Source: Catajapyx aquilonaris
Lineage: Eukaryota
Direction of reading: 5' to 3'
Assembly (NCBI GenBank): GCA_000934665.2
Contig: KZ538653.1
Coordinates: forward strand, 1 to 61,198
Length of the DNA: 61,198 nt
Under the pieces are notes generated by a model. The model was not told the DNA's origin. It ran no database searches and worked only from the letters and a program-made list of their open reading frames with translations. Position 1 is the stretch's first letter, and every line of letters begins with the position of its first letter. Of the stretch, positions 52,089 to 61,198 are shown one piece after another. The translations under genes and the position numbers were made by a program.

Positions 52089-53919
52089 GGTATTTACTTC
52101 ACGAAAGGGCGGAAAAGCCAAGCAGTGTATCCGACCCAAAATACATTTTGTGGCCATATTGACGTTGACCAAATGGGTGTTTGGGCAATTCTGCATTACT
52201 GCCTATTTCATGGCTACTAGATTCAGTTCTTCCCATGACGTCAATGCCCATGTAAGCGCATGCAAAAATGTGTGTGTGTGTGTGTTTTTTTTTGTACGTG
52301 CCACTGAAATATTCTCAGTGAGATATAATACTTGAAAATAATTTAATTAAGCGTAGCCTGTCTTTGACATTGACTTTTACTTTTACCGTAAACTTAGGAG
52401 GGAATCAAGGCGGGACTTCCAGCGAAGTTTACTATGAATTTCTATTTTCTTACCCTTTCGGTGAAACAACGAATGTTGTAAACATAGGCCTATACGTAAG
52501 CTAAGGAGTAACTTGACATATCAGTAAAGGTAACCGGGTTTCTTGGAAGTCGTATATACTATAGAATCCCTCCTTGTGCGTTGTTGTTGCAGCCCAGGAT
52601 ATAGGATTTCATCCCAATCTCCCGGAACAACTTGTTACTGCTAAGTGAACAGAGTTCCGGGAATTGTTGGTTCTGACAAACAAGCTCCCATCAAAATTAG
52701 AAGAGACCTTTGTTCGTCAGTAATTGCGTCCTGTGCTTATTATGTCCTAACAAGGGTTTGATCGGGCGTGAGTTTTCCGATATATGTCGCCAGGATGAAC
52801 AGATAAACGCAATATCTTCCCACTCCTGGGGTGTTTGCTATATAGCACCTGGGAAGACCGGAAGTTTCTTGCTGAAAATATAGAAAAGACATCAGAAGAA
52901 GAGCCCTGCAAATGTTTTGAGCGTGAATAAGAATAGAATCTTTTGATGAATGAAGGCTTCCTTGCAGATAATGAGTTAAGTAGCGCCATATAAGTTCAAG
53001 GGCGCGTTTGTTAAGAGGCGGGCGATAGCAAGCAGCAAAATGTGATATTGTTTTCTGGAAGAGTACAAGGCATCGAAATGGGGGGGATATGCCGTGCATT
53101 GGTTGGGGGTGTCGCTGGGAACTATACTGGCACGTACAAATCAATACTAGGAAAGTGGTGCTTGCTGCTAGGGGGGTCCGTGCACATGCCCATGTTTTTC
53201 GGAGGGTTTTCGTATCTGGCGACGTGTGTGATGCAAGACTTTTTGCGTGATATTTTGGCTGAGTGGCCCAAATGAAGCGTCTCGTGGCGTCAAGCGATGT
53301 TGGAGGGGGGAGGACTAATCGAATTTCTCGGAAAGTATAGGAAGCAACAAGTACGGGATGTCGCAGGGAATGAGACTGCCTGGGCCCATTGATTGCGTCA
53401 GCTAGTTATAATTTTGGCCAAATTTTTACAAGCGTTTCTCCAGAAGACTGACCGTTGAAAGTTTGTCTTGACCGTGAAATGGGTCTCGAGAAGCAAAGCA
53501 GGTGGAAGAAAAGCGACAGTTGGTCCCGATTTCCGCCCTAGAAAATACGGTAGTTGTGAATGAGAGCCGGAGAATGAATCGGCCGCATAATTATCCGGCG
53601 TGCATTTTTGTAGTGTGCGTATGTGGGACGGAAGCTAGCCCACAATGGCAGCCAAGGTAGCCGGAACTTGCTTCCTTTTTTCCCACCATCTGCTCCCCCC
53701 CCCCCCCCCNCCCCTCCGGATGATTCTTCCTCTGGTGTGGAAACGGAAGGAGTGCTGAACACACCCATTGGGCCAAGCGGCCCAATGCCCCCCTTTTTTG
53801 GGGCCACAACTCTATCAAATTAGCTCCAATCGTCAAATTGTGAAGGGAGGGAATGCAGGATGTTTAGTTTTATACGAGAGGAAGCCAACTTCCGGGTTCG
53901 TATATATACGTTCAACAAA

Positions 53920-53961
<42 letters not shown>
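53920..53961. repeat. (TA)n microsatellite running into an assembly gap
   Basis: Directly visible. Confidence 0.95.
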
Positions 53962-54117
53962 NNNNNNNNNNNNNNNNNNNNNNNNNNNNNNNNNNNNNNN
54001 NNNNNNNNNNNNNNNNNNNNNNNNNNNNNNNNNNNNNNNNNNNNNNNNNNNNNNNNNNNNNNNNNNNNNNNNNNNNNNNNNNNNNNNNNNNNNNNNNNNN
54101 NNNNNNNNNNNNNNNNN
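53962..54117. other. Assembly gap (further gaps at 58243-58258 and 59367-59545)
   Basis: Runs of N. Confidence 1.
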
Positions 54118-56441
54118 GGGGGGGGAGAGAGAGAGGAAAGGGGACGGGCAATTCCATTATGGTGATTGGGTTGGTGGATTTTGTGCACCTGCAGTAAGAG
54201 AGAGTTATTGGCCGGAAATGGAACATTTTTGCGGAGCAGAGTGTCGGAGGCTTTTTCCGCATATTGGAAGAGACTTCTACTGACAGGATTTGGTGGTAGC
54301 CCCTAATTTGGTTGAGAGATGCGATGCCCCTCTTTTTTTTCGCTCTGTTGCTGGGAGCTAGCGCGACACGGACTGTCGAAACAATGTTTTAACACGGTTT
54401 TAACCACCACTTTCCTCTCCTTGTGAGAGTTAGGAAAAGGAAACGAGATAAATAGTCGGGGGATGACGTTGCAGACCTTGAGGCCTTCCCTTCAAACTCC
54501 CCCACCTCCTGCCTTTATTTATTTTTTCTTCTTCCACGCACTCCTAGACGCAAGAATATGTTGTTGTTGTTGTTCCAAAGTGACTCTTTTGCAACATACT
54601 ACTTAGTGGTTTAGGGGGTGGGGGGGGGTGGGGAATTCATTCATTCATTCATGAGGGTTTCATTCAAGCGTGTCCCTTTTGTTTGCCACCAACGTGGCGG
54701 AGACAACAGGAAGTGCGACTGAATGAGCCGCCTGAATAATGGACCAAGGAATAGAATGTAAGTTATGCGCATGTATGTGGAAGAGCAACAGAAGCTCCAA
54801 CCTCCCGTGGACAAATCGATTTCACAATTGCAGGGTAATTGAGCCAGGATGCTTTATGGCCCGGGTTGGGAGTCCATCAAGTGTTGCGGAGGGGGGGGGG
54901 GGAGTTGGGTTGGTGTACGAGGTCCATTCAGCAGAATGGTGCCGGGCTTACCTGGCTTGTGCGATGATTCTTGCATGTCATTTGCGGGTAGGAATGGTTT
55001 GGCGGGGGAAGGTCAGGGATTTTGACCCGAGGAGCCTGGCAGCGGTGCTTGAATGAGTAATGGTTCGGGTGACAAGAGTGGTAGCAATAAAACCCAATTT
55101 GTAAACGATATCGCATGGCGATAGGCCACCTCGTAACATGGTCGGATTTGGAAAAGCGCGGGTATCATTTGATATAGTCCGGTTGGTACAATGACCTTGA
55201 TATTACGACATGATTATTGTGTGATGGAATCCAGTCGATGGTGTGTCGAGTTGCTGGCTAATTTTCAGCCGGATAAGTAGGTCAGGAGTGCCATTTACGA
55301 TGTGGTTTCACAATCGTTGTGGGCATTGTTTAGCGGTTCTTAGCGACATAATTGGAAGCAATGGGCGACAAAGAGGCCGACTTGTGAAATGGGTGAGTGA
55401 GTGAGGGAGGCAGCCAGGCCGCCGGATAAGGGGGGTGCTTGGGAGGCCTCCGGAAGCGGAAGTAGGCTGCAGCAGCCCGAGTTGGGTTGGAAAGAGTGGC
55501 TGGAGAGTGTGCGGGCCATGTGTGCTGGCAGTGGAGTGATGGTGTGGCTGTAGGAGGGCCATGGTGGGCTCCCGGGAATGGCCTAGGTAGGGCTGGCTTC
55601 TGTGTGTGTTTCCAGGAAGAGTGAGTCAATTGTTGGCAGAGGGTAATTGCTTGAATCTGGAGTGATCATCCCAAGGCAAGGGCGGGGAGGGCAAACAAGA
55701 AAACTTTTTTGGGGGGGAGTGCAGAATCCTAAATAAGTTTCCAAAGTAAACGTGGCCTTGTTCAAAGGGGGGGAGAGAGGATTTTTTCAGGGCGGATTTG
55801 GTGGACTGACTGGCGGAAACGTGTGGTGTTTGAATAGTGAGGGGGCATGTAGTTTTTGAGAGGCAAGAGGGCTGATTTCCGCGCACCTTTATTTCCCCAC
55901 AGAATGAGTGAGTTGGCGTGGTGGTGGCGGAAACCCAGGCTCCAGTAATCCTTTCATGCCCCTCCACTCATGGGAATGGCCTTTCAACATGGGCTTGCAT
56001 ACGAGAATGGCTAACTTAGAATTTCGAAGGTACATGTAGATGTGTGCACCTATCAGATGGTCTTGTTTGTGTTGCTATTCTCCTGACCTGTAGTTTGGAG
56101 TGCCGTCGCCAGCAGGTCTGCCTGGTGACGGCAGTCTCAAAGCCAGGAGTGTAGGTGTTTTTTCCGTTGTTGACATTGTTTGTAGTGGACGGGGGGCTTC
56201 TCTGACGCTGCAAACCAATCAGGACTTGCACCGAAGACTGTCAAGTCAAGTGCCGAGTGTGGCCATGGTAATGAGAAGTCCTACTTGGAATTACAGGACG
56301 GTCAGAGAGCAATGTGCATCGGTTCAGGTGTCATGTGGATGTAGCATTGACAGAATGTTGTGCGTGTGGGTGTGAATGGATGTGAATAGCAGGTGGAAGT
56401 GAAGGACCATTGACTGACAGTTGTCGTTCTTCTTTTTTCAG

Positions 56442-56625
56442 CAAGAACTACCTGGTTCGTGTGCGGGCTCAGGTGATGATGCGGGATGACAGCACGGGGG
56501 GCTGGGTCCCCATGGGGGGAGGGGGCCTCTCCGACGTGTCTGTCCGAAAGCGCAACATCTCATCTGACCCTGACGAAGCCAGGCACGAATACCTGATATA
56601 CGGAAAGCGTATATCTGACCAGACG
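56442..56625 (+). CDS. Spred: Spred EVH1 domain exon (KNYLVRVRAQVMMRDDSTGGWVPMGGGGLS...YGKRISDQT)
   Basis: Spred-type VRVRAQVMxRDDSxGGW signature; ttttttcag acceptor, acg|gtgagt donor. Confidence 0.95.
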
Positions 56626-59600
56626 GTGAGTCTGCTTCTCTTATTCGTCTTGCTCTGCTGCGGGCAGTCGGTTGGCGCCAGGGGGGAGGGGAGGGGGATT
56701 TTTTGGGCAGTCGGCTTTGTGAAGGGATGTTTTCAAAGAAAAGAGGCAGCTTGCGTGTCGTATTTCAGTGAACTTCAAAGTTGTGCACTTCATGCAACCT
56801 GGGTAACTGGGGTGGGGCTTCCCAGAGAATTAATCAAAGCGAAGAATTGAGAGATTCATGATTCTGGGAAGTCGAAGGTCGAGAAAATCCACGTTGCAAT
56901 ATTCAAATGTCAAATCACATCTCCCACGCTTTAATCTGAAAACGGTGCCCTCTTGGTGATTTTTAACTTACGAAAAGTTCCGATGCCAGGCTTTTCCTGT
57001 GTTCACAGTTCCAATGCTAATATGGTGATGATTTTAGAAGTATGAAATGGTACTGTATATCCAGAGTCAATCATTTGCACGGGATGGGCACAGCAACTGT
57101 TTAACCCTTAATAATGTATTGGTTGTCACAGCAGGCCAATTCAGTTTTTTTCCGGTCTGTTATGTGTACCAGCCTTGTAGTGATGTAAGTCACTTTATCA
57201 AATTACATCACCAGTATATGTATACAGCAGGGCCAATTCCAGGTCACATTGTTACAAAATCGGGAGCTGGAAATTGCAGACCGACCACGTTTTGCAACAA
57301 TGTTTCCCGAAGGATATTATCATTCCTCCGGCCGGAGAAACCGGCCACGTGCAACGGCGTGAGATGTTTTCTTGTCGGTATTAATCATGACAGGGAAAAC
57401 ACGAAATTCGATTCAGAGTCTCGGTTGTCAACCACGCGCCGTCACTTTGGCCCCCACCGTTAGGAAATTTTCTGCCATTCGATGCCAAACCAGAGATCCG
57501 AGGGATGCAAACTCCAAGAGAGGAAGATCCAGTGATGACTCTCGATATCGGAGGGAAGTGAGGCCCCTGGGAATGCCACTTGACAGGAAAGGCGGCATCA
57601 ATATTTTTCCTACCCATATGGAGATCTCTCCCCCTCTCTCACAAACTTGTGAACGAGAACCCGTATTCCCTCGACTCCGGTGACAACTAGCCCAAGAGCG
57701 CACTCCGGAGAACGTGGGCTTCTTTTCGGGCGTTGGATGCGACAGCACCGCAGGGATTTCCCGCCCGATAGAAAAGGTTGGGGTTACGTGAATACCCCTA
57801 GCGCATCATAGGGGTATGGGGGGGGGGGGGTTAGGTAAAGGGCTTAGAGTTAGTGTGCCAGGGTGCTTTCCTCGTGGGGTGACTCAAGCCGTCGGCGAGC
57901 CACACATACACCGTCGCACATGCAGCGAGTGCATCTGGCAAGCACACACGGGGGGTTGAGGGGGGGGGGGGAGAGAAACGGGTGTAAGTAGGCCTAAAAA
58001 TAATGGGTGCGTAATGAACTTGTCAAGTGTGCGTTGAACCCTTCACGAGGTGCTGCTGAGCCAGACGAAAAATCAGCGACCGACTCCAGGGGATGACCCT
58101 TGGCCTTATTGCAGGGAAGATATTGGCGAGATAGAGGATCAACTGGATGCTTTTAGTGCTTAATAAGCGTCAGTGATTCCTTGCCAATCGAAGGCAAGGA
58201 CAGGCGGGTGACTTTTTTTTTTTGTCTGGGGCGCTGGGGAGGNNNNNNNNNNNNNNNNGGGGGGGGGGGGGTAATGTCAAGTGTAATTTGCGGAGTGGGA
58301 AAAATCGGAGGCTGCAAACAGGAGTAGGAAATCAGGGGACTGTTGAAATGACATTAGGGCTGGTTGGCAGTGGGCGGTAGTGACATAACATCTGGGTCAG
58401 AAAGTGATGCTATTACGATATTCCGGGGGATATAATACGATTGCCGTTCGCCAAGGTACGGCAGGAAACGGGGCCGGGTAACAGAATTATCAGTTTTCCA
58501 TGCTGGAAAGAGGAGGGAAATACTGGAGCTAATGCAGCAGGATAGGGGGTCGGTGTCAAGGTGACTTTGCCGATTCAGAGAGCGGCGTATTGAAAGCGGC
58601 ACAGTTCGTAATTAGGCATTGTTAGTGTGGAGTTCAAAAATAAGCAAATTGGTAATTGGAAGTGTACTGTAGGGTACGACCATGCAGAAATTGAATGGCA
58701 TATGCCCACGTATGTTTTCCAGTCTCCTGCGTCCGAATCGGCAGCCCCAAATGCAAATGACTCCAAATTTCGCACACTTGAACGGGTTACGACAATCCAG
58801 TCCTCAGCCAATGTCGGTGGTTTTGAATTGATGGTGCCGACAACATCCATGACGTAACCGCTTCTTTCATCGGGGGGGTCCTTTTTGTACCTGGTGACCC
58901 AGGGCGGCCATCACGGGCACAGGGTGTTTCATCTGCAATGGGCGTGGGCCATCCCGCACCTGAAAGGAGGGTCCCTGGCACAGGGCGTGGGTGACGGGGC
59001 GTGGTCTTGCAATTTTAGCCCCTACTCTAGTCCTTCTCGGGCTCGGGGCCGCCCCCAGGGCTGACGGGCGAGCCGGCTGGCCCTTGGGTCGCACCCGCCA
59101 ACACCCGAGCCGGGATATAGCGCAGGTGGGGGGGCCGGCAGTGGGCGGCCCCGGAGGTGGCCCCTGGACCCCGGAGTTGGAAGCGACGCCTCCGACGCTT
59201 TTTCTCCTCCCTCCTCCATTCAGGCCGCTCCCGGAGCAGGCTCCATTGACAGAATTTTCCCAGCGGCATGCGCACTCTCATGGCGGCGGAGCTTGTTTTG
59301 GGGACGGGGGTGGGAGGCTTGCAGACTATGGAAGCTCGAGCCATTAATTAAACCTGCGCACAGAGANNNNNNNNNNNNNNNNNNNNNNNNNNNNNNNNNN
59401 NNNNNNNNNNNNNNNNNNNNNNNNNNNNNNNNNNNNNNNNNNNNNNNNNNNNNNNNNNNNNNNNNNNNNNNNNNNNNNNNNNNNNNNNNNNNNNNNNNNN
59501 NNNNNNNNNNNNNNNNNNNNNNNNNNNNNNNNNNNNNNNNNNNNNGGGTTGATGAGGACTTTCTCCCTTGCACGGCCTCCAGAAAAAAAGGGGGGAGCCA

Positions 59601-60011
59601 GAAATTTAGCGGTCACGTGTTTGTCCATTCATTCCTGGTTGCTGGAAAGGATGGGGCCGATGCAGATGCGGGGCTGATATCTGGCAGGTGGGGATCGGGA
59701 GATGCGGAAAATGGCGTGGAAAGGAAAAGAGAGGGAGAGAGCGGGGGGACCCGGAGTTTGCATTGAATGAAGCCGTCCCAGTTCATTCACAGGTCGGGCA
59801 GATAAGGCCGCCTCGCCGATTTCCGAAGGCCACACGCCGCGCCCGCTTTTCCTACCTGCCAGCCGCGATGGCTGGAGGAGCTGTTGCTTGGCCCCCTTGG
59901 CAACTGGTCAGAGCCCCGGGGCAAAGAACCAAAATGGCCGCGGCTTTTGTTTCCAGGAATGTTGACCAAAAACGGGGTGTAAAAAAAAAATGGATGCGAC
60001 GATGCTTGCAG

Positions 60012-60180
60012 GTGGTGCTGAGCTGTACCATCAAGAAGGACTTCGAGTACAACAAGGTGATGCCGACATTCCACCACTGGAGGACTGGAGACAAGAAGTT
60101 CGGGTTGACCTTCCAGACGGCGGCCGATGCCCGAGCTTTCGACAAGGGGGTGGTGACGGCCGTGGAGGACCTTCTGGACG
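60012..60180 (+). CDS. Spred: Spred EVH1 domain exon ([23 protein letters not shown]...[18 protein letters not shown]...EDLLD)
   Basis: PTFHHW and FGLTFQxxADARAF Spred motifs; ttgcag acceptor, g|gtacgt donor; the gene continues beyond the window. Confidence 0.96.
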
Positions 60181-61198
60181 GTACGTGGTGCAACGTCGGT
60201 GTTGAAAACATCCATCGCCCCCTCTGTTCCTTGTTTCCACTCCTTCCGGCGAGCGAGCCAGGCAAGCAGCGGAGGGGGCGCCTATTTTTAGGACAGTATG
60301 TTGGTTGGGGGGGAGGGGGGAGGGGGGGGTGTTGGAAAGGGAGGATCAAGCCATGGAAAAAAGGATGGATGGATAGATGCATCCTTTCCCTCCTCCTCCA
60401 CCTCCTGCGCCGCCGACCAACCAGCCAACCTTCTCCCCCCCATTCATAAGGATTTTTGGGGCCACGGTACCCCCAACCGCTTCCGCTCCCTAGGGTAGTA
60501 AGGCATACCAACCATTTCGGGAAAACCTTCAAATCCGTTCTCAGGCTCCCACACCAGAATTTTGATGCGGCCCCCTTTTTTCCCCTCCCCCATCTCTACA
60601 TACAAGTGGAGCTCGGGAATTAGGCAACTGGTGTCACGTGGGAAGGACAGTCGAGGGCCGCGCTTCAAAATTGATCGGAAATGGCAGGTGCGTCACGGGC
60701 TTTTGCATTATTTTTTTTTGTATGGGGAGGGGGGGGGGGAGCAGGATTATTNTTTTGCACGGGACGTATTGTGACGTCATGGCGTCCCCCTCCGGTGACA
60801 GATGGAGGTGGAAATGTAATGAGTCACGTTTAGTACGGCAAAGTCTACCCACACGCGCGCAGTATGTGGGCACAACACGGAAGAAGAAAAGGGGGGAATC
60901 GCTGGGAAGGGACAGGTTGTGCGAGCGCATTCCGGGGAAATGTCTCATTGGGCGATTCCAGGACAGTTCATGCAAAATAAAATTGAAAGTTCACCCTCTA
61001 TTTTTTAATGTTAATGAAATTTGGTACGATAATTCTCCAACAGGAATAGAGCACATATCAATTTTTTTTACATAAATACGTTCATTAGGTCGCACGTAAT
61101 GAAATGGGCAAAAAACCCGTAAAAGTTGCAAACACGTCGACAAATGACCCTATATCTCGTTAACTGCGTAGCCCACCGTTACATGTGATGTATGTACG

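Larger units (their letters stand above)
42438..59789. promoter_or_regulatory. Cluster of Capicua-type octamers (TGAATGAA/TGAATGGA) with ETS cores across the Spred 5' region and introns
   Basis: Exact octamers (either strand) at 42438, 42467, 44568, 47875, 48517, 52947, 54636-54651 (three overlapping), 54659, 54923, 56373, 59215, 59624, 59764 and 59782. ETS cores at 52857, 54212, 54707 and 55450. Confidence 0.6.

Noticed and set aside
55561..55586. Third phase-2 first-exon candidate for Spred (MVGSREWP-S, ag|gtaggg)
   Set aside because: Weaker donor and a peptide unlike Spred N-termini; consistent with chance.
59688..60449. 253-aa ORF as a stand-alone gene
   Set aside because: Only 60012-60180 is Spred-like and bounded by splice sites; the rest is intronic read-through.

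Overview
Eukaryotic (arthropod, probably insect) draft-assembly DNA with three N gaps; most ORFs in the supplied track are spurious. Two intron-containing genes lie on the + strand. (1) The 3' part of an ALK/LTK-family receptor tyrosine kinase (Alk): 15 GT-AG exons between 3634 and 16894 splice in frame to about 1,010 aa covering the glycine-rich, EGF-like, transmembrane, kinase and C-tail regions. Its 5' exons lie outside the window. (2) The 5' part of Spred: EVH1 exons at 56442-56625 and 60012-60180, a best first coding exon at 45096-45115 (MTPGNED|KNYLVRVRAQ) and a possible distal first exon at 22542-22567. The non-coding DNA contains tRNA-derived SINEs, hAT, Tc1-mariner, pogo and PIF MITEs, transposase and LINE relics, and an almost perfect 460-bp-arm inverted repeat. 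The most interesting observations are a dense cluster of Capicua (TGAATGAA/TGAATGGA) and ETS motifs across Spred directly next to Alk, suggesting a linked RTK-ERK negative-feedback module, a candidate 17-nt micro-exon that would give Alk an alternative PDZ-type C-terminus (..WSCV*), candidate alternative Spred first exons, and nested perfect palindromes. All calls come from manual reading; no database searches were run.
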